Part shown: in pieces, positions 34,701-46,555 of the stretch
Numbering within the stretch: position 1 is the first letter of the stretch
Layout of the letters: the number at the start of each line of letters is the position of its first letter
The notes under the pieces: model-generated
Told to the model about the DNA's origin: nothing
What the model saw: only the letters and a program-made list of their open reading frames with translations
The model's database searches: none
Translations under genes and position numbers: made by a program
Assembly (NCBI RefSeq): GCF_016433145.1
Contig: NC_058130.1
Location: forward strand, 143,768,034-143,832,033
Direction: 5' to 3'
Origin: Gracilinanus agilis
Taxonomy: Eukaryota
DNA: 64,000 nucleotides

Positions 34701-37700
34701 TTAGCTTTTTTTTTCTTTAAACATTTATTATTAAGGAAAAAAGAAAACAAAAAAGGCATTACATTTCCATTCATTTTTTAAAGAACTTAATGTTACTGGT
34801 TAATAATTTTCTATGTCTACCATGTTTATCAGAACTGTAGCAAAGAGTTTTGTGTATCATTTCTGGTCTGTTTCAGTGGTTTGAAATTTTGACAAATTGG
34901 CATCAAAGTAGCTATAGCGAGTCTCCAAAACCCAAGAAATAAATGAGCAAGGTAACTTTTTATTTTTAATTAACAAAATAACTTTCTTTTCTTCATTCTT
35001 AATTCTGTAGTCTAGCTCATCATTCAACTGACAATGCTCTCTTCAAAGTTACCAACTATCACTTAGTTGCCATAGCTAAGGCCCCTTTTTTCAATCCATA
35101 TCCTTCTTGACTGCTTTAGCTTTTAATATTCTTAGCCACTCTCTTCTCTTTGATATTCTCTCCAGCTTCTCCTCCTACTTGTTTGACTGTTCCTCTTTGC
35201 TGGATTTTCAATCAGTTGCCTACTAATTATGGGCAATATTAGCTTCCATAGATTCAATTATCATATCTATTCATATGATTCTCAGATTTCTTTTACCTCT
35301 CCATCCATCTCTAATATCTCTCTTCATCTCCCATCTAGTAGCTCCAACTCTCCATTGGATATTGAACTGATTTTCCTATAGTCATATTAAACTCAACATG
35401 TCCAAAGCTAAACTCCCAGCCCTAGGAGGACCTAGGTTCAAATCTGGCCCTAGATACTTCCTAGCTGTGTGACCCTGGGCAAGTCACTTAACCCAACTGC
35501 CTAGCTCTTACTGCTCTTCTACCTTGGAATTGTTACTTATTATCAATTCTAAGACAAAAGGTAAGGGCTTAAAAAAACAAAAAATCTATACTCATAATTT
35601 TTCCTCCTTAATTCTACCCCTCTTCTGAACTTTTATTGCTGATGGCACCATCATCCTCTCAGTCATGCAGGCTCACAATGTAGATGTCCATCTTTGACTT
35701 GCCCTTTCTTACCCCCTTATTCAATCTGTTGCAAATCAAAATGTCTCTCTGCTACCATCCTAGTGCAGCCCTCTTCAACTCATGCCTGACAACTGCAACA
35801 GCCTGCTAATTTGTGTTCCTGCCTCAGTTTTCTTCCCTGCTGTAGCCCATCCTCCACTTAGGTATCATAATGATCTTTTTTCTTTCTTTCTTTCTCTTTT
35901 TTTTAATCTTTTCTGTCTGAGAATTGATAATATTAGTTTCAAGGCAGAAGATCGACAAAGGTTAGGCAACTGGAGTAAAGTGACTTGTCCAGGGTCACAT
36001 GGCTAGGCAATATCTTGAAGGCTGCATTTGAACCCAGGACCTCTCATCTACAGGCTTGGCTCTCTGTGCCATGATCCACCTAGCTGCCCCCAAAAGTTAT
36101 CTTTCTAAAGCATAGGTGTGACCATGTAGATCATGATACATACCTTGTCACTCATTAAAATTCCAGGGCCCCCCTATCACCTGCAGGCTAAAATATAAAT
36201 CCTCCATTTGGCTTTAAAAATCCTTCCTAATTATGCCCAAAGGATTTTAAAAGAAAGTATGTCCTTTGATGCAGCAATACCACTACTGAGTTTGTATCCC
36301 AAAGAGATTTTTTAAAAATTGGGAAAGGATCTATTTGTACAAAAATATTTATAGCTGCGGTTTTCGTGGTGGCAAAAATCGGAAAATGAAGGGTTATCTA
36401 TCGATTGGGGAATGACTGAACGAATTGTGGTATATGATGGTGATGGAGTACTATTGTGCTATAAAATATGATGAATTGATGGATTTCTATAAGAACTGGA
36501 AAGATTTACATGAACTGATGCTGAGTGAAATGAGCAGAACCAGGAGAACATTATACACAGTAACAGCAATATTGTGGGATGATCAAATGTAAATAGACTT
36601 TGCTACTAAAAGCAATGTGATGATCCAGGACAATTCTGAGGGACTTATGAGAAAGAACGCTATCTACGTTGAGAGAAAGAACTGGAGTAGAAAAACAGAA
36701 GAAAAGCATATGATTTATCACTTGTTTGTAAGGGTATTTGATTTGAGTTTTGGTTTTAAAAGATTACTCTATTATAAAAATGAATAATATGGAAATAGGA
36801 TGAGTGATAATAAGTATAACCCAGTGAAATTGTTTGTCAACTCTAGGAGGAAGGAGAGAAGAAGAGAGGGAGATAACAAGAATCATGTAACTGTGGGAAA
36901 AAAAAAAATTTAAATAAAATTTAAAAAAAACCTTCCTAACCTGACCCCTTCCTACTTTTCTAGGATTCTTGCACTCCATTTCATGTACTTTCTTATCTGA
37001 TGACACTGGCCTCCTTGTTATTCACAAGTTACTCCATCCATTTTCAGCAGGTCTTCTTCATGCCTAGAATTCTCTCTTTGTATGTCCCAACTTTCCTGAC
37101 TTCTTAAGTCTCAGCTAAAACCTCATTTTTTATTTTATTTTTAGTAACAAATTTCCATATAAGTTTTCTGAAGTTATATGATCTAAATTGGCTCTTTCCC
37201 TTCTTCCCTCCCCTCTCCTGGAACTGGCAAGTAATTCAATCTGGGTTATGCATGTATTAACATGTGAAACATTTCAATATTATTCATTTTTATAAGTGAA
37301 TAATCTTATAAAACCAAAGCTCCAAAACATAAACCCAAATAAACGAGTGATAAATCATATGTTTTCATCTGCATTTCTACTCCAACAGTTCTTTCTCTGG
37401 AGGTAGAAAGCATTCTTTTTCTCATAGAACACTCAGACTTGTCCTGGATCATTGTATTGCGGTTACTAGCAAAGTCTATCACATTTGATCTTTCTACAAT
37501 ATTGCTGTTACTATGTACAGTGTAAAACCTCACTTTGTATGAGAAGCCTTTCCCAACTCCCCTTAACACTAGTACCTTTCCTCAGTTATCTCTAATTCAT
37601 CCTATGTTTCCTGTTTGTACATATCTGTTTATATAGTATTCTTTCCATTGGACTATGAACTCTTTGAGGAGCTTTTGCCTTTCTTTGCATCCCCAGCACT

Positions 37701-40700
37701 TAATATTAGTGCCTAACGCATATAAAAAGCACTTAATAAATCTCAACTACTCAGAGTAGGTTGTTGAATGATTAAACAAATACATTTGGCTCCTCCCATC
37801 GTTTCCTTCTGGTTGTGTCCAGAAATGGTGATGCTAGTCCAGTAGATGGCACCAAAAGCATTGTGGGCAAATCGCCAAAGAAAGCAATTTGATGAAGCAT
37901 CCTAAACTTAGGTTGTATCCTGACATTGAGTTACACTGGGACTCTGCTCTGTCTCAGATTCCTTTTTTCCCCAAGACCCTTTTCACTTGGAGGGGTGCAA
38001 GTACAAAGGAAGGAACAATGGAAGTAATGCCAAATCTGGTTTTCTGACCTGGTTCTTGGCTTGAGTGTCCATGGGAAATCTTTCTGGGCTTTTGTTTCCT
38101 CATATGTAAAATCTAAAATCCTTTAATGATGCTATACTGTATCTTATTGGCAATAGTAAAAGCCAAAGGTGAGGGTGGTATTCCACTCATCTACCCCTTC
38201 CATCAATGTGGCTTTTCTTCTTGCCCCAAGCCCACTCACAGAACCAACTCTGACCCATCACCTCTAGACTGTGTTCCCGTCTCTCCCTTCTGAGCAGCAA
38301 CAACTCTTCATGCAGGGCTTGTACTCTGCTCTGACCCTGAACCGCCTCCTCCTGCAGGCTCTTGATCTGCCCTTCTAGGTCCTGCCTCCGACTCTGTAGC
38401 ATCTGGTTCTAGGAAGGAGCCAGAGAGGTAGTGTAGAGATGGGGAGGGGGACCCTTCGGGACACCTTCTTCCCCAGCTCCAAGGTCAGGCCTGGCCCCTT
38501 ACCTCTCCCTGAAGGCTTTCTAGTCTGGCCCTCATTTCAGTCTCCACCAGCAGCTGGGACTGGAATTCTCCTCGAAGGGTGCTCAGTTCTTTTTGCAGTT
38601 CTTGCTCTGTCTGGGAGGCCTGGTACATGTGTGTAGTGAGAATTGGGGGAAGAGGCAGGGATAAGAAGATGAATTCATTCAACTCTTCATGCTTTTCTCC
38701 CAGGACCCAGTCACCTACCCTCTCCTGTCTTTCAGGGACCCAAGTATCTAGGCCACCAGCCTCTTCTCTTAGTTACCCAGGAATCTGGCTCTCCATAACC
38801 TTGAGAATTATAGTTCTGGCTCCTGTTCCCCTCCCAGGATCCAGATGTCCAATCTGCTAGTCTCGTGCCCCCTGGATTGACCTGTGCAAGCTGCTCACTG
38901 AGCCTGAGGTTCTGCTCGCTGAGTTCTCCAAGTGCTTGAGCTCGTTGTCGCCCACTGTTCTGCTGCTCAGAACGCTGCTCCCCTAGTTCAGCTCGAAGGG
39001 CAGCTACATCGACTTCCAGCTCCCCAGCCCGAGCCTCCCACTCAGCTCCACGGGCAACCAGCCCCTGCCGAAGCTCATGGTTCTGCTGCTGCAGCCGCTG
39101 AGACATCAAAGCAGAGAGAAAAGGCAAAAATGAGGAGACACAGAGATAGAGAGATGTGATGGCCGAGGCCTCAGGAGCCTGGAACCAACTTTGTGGAGGG
39201 ATGAGAAGGGGGAAAGAGTCAAGGAGCTTCTGGATAATAGGATTCACCTGCTGCTTCTGCTTGGGCCTCTTGGTTTTGGTTCGTAGCCTCCTCCTTCGAC
39301 GCCTCAGCCCTCCTGAGCTTATACCCCTTCCCATTGCACACTCTAGTCCCTGTCCTGCTCTCTTCTAGTCTCCCTTGGTCTTAGGTTCCCCTCTCTCAGC
39401 TCCTTTGGCTCCCTCTAATTACTCCTTTGCCCCTGCCCCACCCTATCCCCCACGCCTCAGTCTCTCCTCCAAACCTGTCTGACTGGTGGGGGGACGCTCT
39501 CTGCCCCACCCAGACTCCTGTGGGCTGACCTGGGAAGGAAAGAGGGAAACCTGTGCACCTTTTTGCCCCTATGCTGGGCTGTTTGGAGGTAGGAAGGTGG
39601 TGCCTGCCGTGCTTGGTCAGTTCCCAACTGCCTAGTCTGATCTTCATAGGTATTAGTCATGAATCTTTAGAACTGGATAGGCCTTTGAAGATCAAGTCCA
39701 ACCCCCCATTTTACAGAAGGGGAAACTGAGGCTTAGAACAGAAATGACTCACCCAGTATAACAAGTTAGTAGTAGGATAGAGCTAGCACTAGATCTCCTG
39801 CCCTCCCCAACTTGATCACTTCCCATCATAACAGACTGCTAAGTCTTACTTCTTGAAAATGAGCCTGTTTCTTTTTATTTTTTTAGTTTTTTTTTAAAAC
39901 CCTTAACTTCTGTGTATTGGCTCCTAGGTGGAAGAGGGGTAAGGGTGGGCAATGGGAGTCAAGTGACTTGCCCAGGGTCATATAGCTGGGAAGTGTCTGA
40001 GGCCAGATTTGAACCTAGGACCTCCTGTCTCTAGGCCTGGCTCTCAATCCACTGAACTACCCAGCTGCCCCCGAGCCTGTTTCTTTTTAAAATTTATTAT
40101 TATTTTAAAATTTATTATTTTTTTTTAAATCCTTACCTTCTGTCCTAGTATCAACTCTAAGACAGAAAGACAAGGGCTAGGCAAATGGAGTAGTGGCTTG
40201 CCCAGGGTCACACTAGGAAGTGTCTTGAGCTGACTTGAACCCAGGTCTCCCTGACTCCAAGCTTGGTACTCTCTCTACTGTGCCATCTAGCTGTCCTTCT
40301 CACCTGTTTCTTGAAAAATATTGATCTTCTGATCTTCTCTTTCCCTTTAGCCCTAAAGTTAAAGGCCAATATAGGACCAGGCTCAAAATCTGGCCTGACT
40401 AAATAAATTCTGTGTTGGCAGAGTTTAGGTATGAGTTGGGAAGAGAGTAGAAAATTATCCCTTCCTACTGGACCCATATCATCCAAAATCTTAGAGGTAA
40501 CTACTAGATCTCTAGGGGGAAAATATATGCACAACACATTTTAAAGTTTAATTGGCATTATTAACATTTTCTCTATCATTTAAGCCTAGATACCCAATGA
40601 AACAATAAATCAAGTCCTAATCTATAGCATTTTGCCAATATCTCAGCAATAACTGCTCACTTTGAAAATTTAACTTTCAGGTCCTTCGAATGCCTAGGAG

Positions 40701-42595
40701 CAGGCTACAGCATACCGTTGGTTAGAAGAGACCTTAAGGATCATATAATCCTGCCACTTGTCCCTCATTTGATAGCTACAGCTACTGAGGCCCACAGAGC
40801 TGGTTCTTAGAACCCAGGTATTCTGATTTCCAGGTCAATGTTCCACTACACCAGTGGTTCCCAAACTTTTTTGGCCTACCACCCCCTTTCTAGAAAAAGT
40901 ATTACTTAGCCCCCTGGAAATCAATTTTTTTTAAATTTTAATAACAATTAATAGGAAAGATAAATGCACCTGTGGCCATCACTGGCTCCCTGGATCACTG
41001 CAGCACCCACCAGGGGGTGGTGGCACCCATTTGGGAATCATTGCACTATGCCATTCTGCCTTTGGTATGTGTATGGGGTGAGAGCAAGGAGTGAGTGAAT
41101 AACCACTTTTGAGGTGACAGAACAGGTGCTGGGCTAAGTGCTAGGGATATAAAGAAATGTAAAAGATAGTCCTTGTCTTTGAGGAACTCACAATCTAAAA
41201 GGGGAAACAAAAAGCTATATACAGGATAAATTAGAAGTGATCAACAAAGAGAAGGTACAACAGGATTTAAGAGGGATTAGGTTCTGAGGGACTTATGGTA
41301 AAGAATGCAACCCACATTCAGAGGAAGAACTACAGGAGTAGAAACAGAAGAAAAAACAACTGCTTGAACACATGGGCTGAGGAGGACATGATTGGGGATN
41401 CATCCCTTATTTTATGAAACAGTTTTTATGTTGGCCAGTTATAAAAGCTCTTTGTGACATTTTGTCAAAATTAGTCTCCCTTAGTGGATTTTTGTCCCCA
41501 AAGTTGGGCTCTTTGGGTTTATCATACACTGTCTTGCTGAAGTCACTTACCCCAAGTCCATTCCACTGATCATCCCTTCCTGAGGAACTAATGGAAAAGA
41601 ATGCTACCCACATTCAGAGGAAGAACTACAGGAGTAGAAACAGAAGAAAAACAACTGCTTGAACACATGGGTTGAGGCAGACATGATTGGGGATGTAGAC
41701 TCAAAACTTCCACATCAGTGCAACTATCAACAATTTGGAAATAGGTCTTGATCAATGACACGTGTTAAAAACAGTGGAAAATTCGCATCAACCATGGGGG
41801 GGGAGCTCAAGGTGAAGGGGAAAGTAAGAGCATGAATTATGTAACAATGTTAACTTTTCTAAAAAATAGATATTAATAAATGTTTAAAAAAAAAAGAGGG
41901 ATTAGGGAAAGTTTCCTGTAGAAAGTGAGATTCTAACTGGGACTTGAAAGAAGCCAGGGTAGTCAGGAGGCAGAAACAGAGGAGAGAGAGTGTTCAAGAG
42001 GCAGGAAGGGAGGTGTATGGTTTTGGAGGGGTGAGAACCTTAATGGTCTAGTCCCACATATTGGTAAAATTTAGAATGATAGAAAACAGGAAGAGACCTT
42101 AGAAAACATTTAGTCCAATCCCTTTCTTCATTTTACAAATGGGAGAGCTGACCTTCAGTGAAGGAGAGTGACTTTACCAGGGTCATATGGTAGTTTAGAA
42201 GCAGGGCTAGGCCTAGGTGCCAAGTCATGCATTTTCTACCTGAGGTTGCCTTCCTACTGGGATGGGCTGTTGGGGTCATGAGCATCAATCGGACTTACTT
42301 CCTCCCGTTCAGCATGTTGGGCCTTGAGAACTTCTAGGCTTCGGCTCAGCTCCTCATTCCGTTCTAAAAGCATCTTGCCCAGCTCAGCCGCTAGTAGTAA
42401 ATCCTTCTCCTTTCGCTGAAGCAGTACAGCCAGGTCCTCAGGTTCATCCTCTGGCTTCTCTTCCCCAGGCCCTGGCCCTCCCAGGAAGGAATCTTGCCTC
42501 TCCAGAACAAAGGGGAAAAAGCCATCATCTCCGCTTGGGGAGGTGCCTCCTGAGAGCATCCCCGAAGGGAACTGGGGACTACTGGGGGAATTCAT
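31748..42595 (-). CDS. BICDL2: BICD family-like cargo adaptor 2 (CCDC64B), 9 coding exons, 512 aa
   Basis: Exons (minus) 42595-42299, 39097-38882, 38619-38503, 38408-38262, 33903-33718, 32842-32678, 32512-32382, 32121-32001, 31906-31748; in frame (1539 nt). CC1 box [22 protein letters not shown], long coiled coils, C-terminal [13 protein letters not shown]...[11 protein letters not shown]...NLFRRT*. Confidence 0.96.
32771..32837. repeat. Imperfect 18-bp tandem repeat inside a BICDL2 coding exon
   Basis: Units ttctgg(a/t)ggagattggg(a/g), about 3.5 copies, encoding [16 protein letters not shown]. Confidence 0.75.
32923..33068 (-). mobile_element. 5'-truncated SINE1_Mdo-type SINE
   Basis: 16-bp TSD ttggcctatgattttt at 32907-32922 and 33069-33084; the tRNA-derived head is missing. 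Confidence 0.92.
33213..33405 (+). mobile_element. SINE1_Mdo-type SINE, full length
   Basis: ggggcagctgggtagctcagtag...aagggtttaaataaataa tail, with an imperfect TSD aataaaccag(g/c)...ata. Confidence 0.93.
33950..36220 (+). mobile_element. L2 LINE relic, fragmented and interrupted by MIR/SINE copies (about 34315-34550, 35420-35570, 35890-36090)
   Basis: L2 RT-region text (caatgctctcttcaaagttaccaactatcacttagttgc) and the characteristic C/T-rich L2 body. It continues at about 36930-37750. Confidence 0.7.
36231..36924 (+). mobile_element. 5'-truncated L1 (marsupial L1_Mdo-type) 3' end
   Basis: ORF2 C-terminal remnant plus 3'UTR and A-rich tail. TSD-like aaaaa(t/a)ccttcctaa on both flanks (36216-36230, 36925-36939). 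Confidence 0.88.
39877..40072 (-). mobile_element. SINE1_Mdo-type SINE
   Basis: 16-bp TSD gagcctgtttcttttt at 39861 and 40073. Confidence 0.93.
40120..40295 (-). mobile_element. Older SINE1/MAR-type SINE
   Basis: ccttaccttctgtcctag...gtggcttgcccagggtcacactaggaagtg. Confidence 0.7.
40852..41043. mobile_element. Non-autonomous hAT/Charlie-type MITE
   Basis: TIRs CAGTGGTTCCCAAA and TTTGGGAATCATTG (2 mismatches). 8-bp TSD cactacac / cactatgc (6 of 8 match). Confidence 0.85.
41282..41894 (+). mobile_element. Truncated L1 3' end containing an assembly N, a duplicated segment and an inverted ORF2 piece
   Basis: 13-bp TSD aagagggattagg at 41269-41281 and 41895-41907. N at 41400. The minus-strand piece 41401-41575 encodes [13 protein letters not shown] (L1 ORF2-like). 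Confidence 0.85.
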
Positions 42596-44274
42596 GTTTC
42601 CCCAAGCATCTACAAGGAGGAAGGGAGAGGCCAGCTAGAAACGGAGAGCAATGGGAACTTTTCCAAGCTTTAATAAACTACTTCAGAATCTAGGCATCCT
42701 GGTCCCCAGATTATTCTCCTATTTAAGATATAGGTATCCTGGTTCCACTTCCTCCTACCCTCAGCAATGTCTAGATCAAATCTACAATAAGTATCCTAGC
42801 TCTTAATTTTCAACTCTTGCCTCACCTTGGTCCCAGTTATTCTAGTCCCTAGCTTTCTTTCCATTCAGGCATTCTGGCCCCTCAGCTCCCAAACCACCTG
42901 CTTCTTGACTCCTAGCATCCTTTCTTCACTCCTTTCTTTGAATCCTCAAGTTATCCCAAGGCTGAACCTCAGTACCACCCTCAGCGGAGTGGAAACTTTC
43001 CATCTCAGACTTCCCTTCACTCTTTCCTTCCTTTCTTTCTAACCCTGGAGTCAAACAATCTTCATGCTATAAAAGGTTAATGATATGTATGTTTGCCCTG
43101 TTCCCGTTACTGATCCAAAGGGTAACTGAGGCATAGAGGGAATCAAATAACATCTATTACTGTCAAAGCTTCCTAGAGCCTGAGCTCTTCTGTCCCAGTT
43201 CTTAGGACCCAGACTTACAGCTCCTTCTTCCTTCTCTTTACCTAAATGTCATTGTTCTAGCCCTGCTTTGTTTGAGTCCCTGATCATCCCCCCAGCCCTC
43301 TTTTGCCTCTTAGGACTTAGATGTTCTAATCTCTTTAGTCCTACTTTGTCCAAAGACCCAAATATTCTACCCTCCCCCCTTTCCCTCCCAAGAACCGAAC
43401 ATTCTGCTCCCTAGCCCTCTCCCAAGATTTCCCAGGTTTCCTAATCACCCTAGGCGGCTTTCCCATTCCAGCATCCAATTGTCTTTGCTCCTTGTCTTCC
43501 TTCTCTCTTCTAACTCCTTGGTTCTAGGGATCTGAAGTGCTAGCCCTGTTTCCTCCCTTTGCCCAGCTCCTAGGTAGGCTAACTGGTTGGTTATGTTAGG
43601 CTATGGCTCTCGGTTTCTGTTTACTTCCTGGGCCCGCCCCTGGGGACCATACCTTAAACCTGTTCCTGGCTTCCAGTTCCCAGATCCTGCCTCCTCTTTC
43701 CTTACCTTCTTCCTATATTCTTTATGGCTGTGCTCCCAGTTTCCCTTTAATACGGAGTGGAGGGAGGAGAGAGGACCAGTACCATCTATGCCACCCTTCC
43801 TTCCCTCCAAAGAAATTCCATATCCCTTTTCTTCTTTAATCTTGAAACCAGATTTCAGCCCAGTTTCTCCTGACTTTCTTACTTCACAAGCCCTAGAACT
43901 AAACCCTGTTTCCAAAGTGCTCCCCCAACCTAGAACCAGTTTCTAGTAAAGCATCCCTTTCAGCAGGCCTTCCTCCCCTCCCAGAACTTAGGTGTCTAGG
44001 TCCTGAGGGACAATCTTTTCCCTGGAATTCAAGGTTCCATTACCCCTCCTTTCTCAGACTTTGACGCCTTGGCTGTCAGGTTTAGGCTCCCTCCCAGGAA
44101 CCAAGAGTCCTGTCCTTTCTAGCCTCTCCCACAAACACAGTGTCTGGGTCCCTAGCCTCAGCCTCCCTCCACAGACAGGACCCATGCATTAAGTTCCACA
44201 ACCCCATCCAAAGCCCCACCTGTATCGCTGGGGGTGTGTGAGGCCCCCTATTGGAGCCGGCTTCCCATTCTCAG

Positions 44275-44310
44275 ATCTCTCTCTCTCTCTGTGTCTCTCT
44301 CTCTCTCTCC
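44275..44310. repeat. (CT)n microsatellite, interrupted
   Basis: ctctctctctctctgtgtctctctctctctcc. Confidence 0.85.
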
Positions 44311-44624
44311 TGAGCGCTGTCAACTTCTCTTCCGGGGGTGGGGCCAGGTAAACTGGAGCACAGGTGAGAGGGGTGGTGGCCTTGGGAGGAGCTGGGTGGC
44401 CCTCTTGTGGTTCAGTCTGATGCAGACATCTCCAGATTCAGAGTCAGTCCCCTGGCCCCAATGCAGTTGGACAAAGCCATGGCTACAGACTGTGGGAGGC
44501 TTTAGCAGATGATCCACATTTAATCTTTAATGCCCCTAAATACTTAGCCCTGCCAATTGGAAGTCAGAAGACAGAGAAGTTCATCCTTAGCACTGGGGGA
44601 GAGGGTGTCCATCTTCTTTCTTTT

Positions 44625-45050
44625 AAAAAACAAAAAATTCCTTACTTTCTATCTTAGAATATATACTAAGCAGGGGCAGCTGGGTAGCTCAGTAGATTGA
44701 GAGCCAGGCCTAGAGACGGGAGGTCCTAGGTTCAAATCCGGCCTCAGACACTTCCCAGCTGTGTGACCCTGGGCAAGTCACTTGACCCCCAATGCCTACC
44801 CTTACCACTCTTCCACCTATAAGTCAATACACAGAAGTTAAGGGTTTAAAATAAAAAAATAAATAAATAAAAGAATATATACTAAGCATTATCTCTAAGA
44901 TAGAAGAGCAGTAAGGGCTAGCCAATTAGGAGTTAAGTGACTTGCCCAGGGTCACACAGCTAGGAAGTGTCTAAAGCCAAATTTGAACCCAGATCCTCCT
45001 GTCTCTAGGGCTAGTTTTCTATCTACTGTACTACCTAGGTGCCCCCCATC
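44625..45050 (-). mobile_element. Older SINE1-type SINE interrupted by a younger antisense SINE
   Basis: Sequence is continuous once 44673-44888 is removed: ccttactttctatcttagaatatatactaagcattatctctaagatagaagagcagtaagggctag... Confidence 0.8.
44673..44871 (+). mobile_element. SINE1_Mdo-type SINE, full length, nested
   Basis: 17-bp TSD agaatatatactaagca at 44656-44672 and 44872-44888. Confidence 0.94.
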
Positions 45051-45479
45051 TTCTTTCAAATAACTAAATTCCAATTGTGGGTCAATGATTAAACACTTAA
45101 TATCCAGAAATACTTTTAAAAATCTAGCCAGTTTGGGTAGTCTGTTCAGGTTTGAACCTCTAACTCTAACCTTTCCCTCTATGTAGACTCATATGTGCAT
45201 TGGCTATCTGTACCTGGAATTCACACCCCAGCACTTCAAATTTATTATGTCCTAATCCAGATTCATTATCTTAACCCTTTGCCCCCAGACCAATCTTTTC
45301 CCCTACCTGTTCTTTTTCTACCTGATGGCATCGACATCTTCCTAGTCACTAGAGCTTGAAACCTTAAGATCATTTATTCTGTTTCTTATTCCTTCTCTTC
45401 TCTCTCCTAATTCTCCCTTCCCCTAGCAAAAGAGAAAAAAAATTAAATCCAGGCAGTATAGTTACAGTTGAAAAAGCAC

Positions 45480-46555
45480 AGACTCAAAAAATCTTTATAA
45501 CAAAAACCTCTGACAAAGGTCTAATTTCTCAAACTTATAAGGAGCTAAATCAATTGTACAAAAAAAAAAATCAAGCCATTCCCCAACTGATAAATGGGCA
45601 AGGGACATGAATAGGCAATTTTCAGATAAAGAAATCAAAACTATCCATAAGCATATGAAAAAGTGTTCTAAATCTCTTATAATTAGAGAAATGCAAATCA
45701 AAACAACTCTGAGGTACCACCTCACACCTAGCATGTTGGCTAATATGATAGCAAAGGAAAATAATAAATGTTGGAGGGAATGTGGCAAAATTGGGACACT
45801 AATGCATTGCTGGTGGAATTGTGAATTGATCCAACCATTCTGGAAGGCAATTTTTAATTATATCCAAAGGGGTTTAAAAGATTGCCTGCCCTTTGACCCA
45901 GCCATGCCACTGCTGGATTTGTACCCCAAAGAGATAATAAGGAAAAAATATGTGTACAAAAATATTTATAGCCATGCTCTTTGTGGTGCCAAAAAATTGG
46001 AAAATAAGGGGATGCCCTTCGATTGGGGAATGGCTGAACAAATTGTGGTATCTGTTGGTGATGGAATGCTATTGTGCTCAAAGGAATAATGAACTGGAGG
46101 AATTCCATGTGGACTGGAATGACCTCCAGGAATTGATGCAGAGTGAAAGGAGCAGAACCAGGAGAACCTTATACAGAGAGACAGATACACAGCAGCATAA
46201 TTGAATATAATGGACTTCTCTACTAGCAGCAATGAATGATCCAGGAAAATCCTGAGGGACTTATGAGAAAGAACTGTGGGAGTAGAAACACAGAAGAAAA
46301 ACATTTGCTTGATCACATGGTTTGATGGGGATATGATTGGGGATATAGACTCTAAATGATTGTCGTATTGCAAATATTAATAATATGGAAATAGGTTTAG
46401 ATCAATGATACATATAAAACCCAGTGGAATTGCTTATTGTCTCTAGGAATGGGGAAGTAGGAGAGGAGGGAAAGAACATGAATCATGTAACCATGGGAAA
46501 ATAGTCTAAAACAAATAAATAAATAGTTGAAATTTAAAATAAAATTAAAAAAAGA
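45480..46555 (+). mobile_element. 5'-truncated L1 with ORF2 C-terminal remnant
   Basis: ORF 45607..46089: MNRQFSDKEI...REMQIKTTLRYHLTP...CWRECGKIGTLMHCWWNC (L1 ORF2 Cys-rich C-terminus), followed by 3'UTR and A-rich tail. Confidence 0.95.

Noticed and set aside
42600-43710. Several candidate donors for BICDL2 non-coding exon 1 (42826, 43653, 43706)
   Set aside because: I cannot choose among them from sequence alone.
45495-46373. Cluster of 84-160 aa ORFs
   Set aside because: All lie within a truncated L1; none is a host gene.
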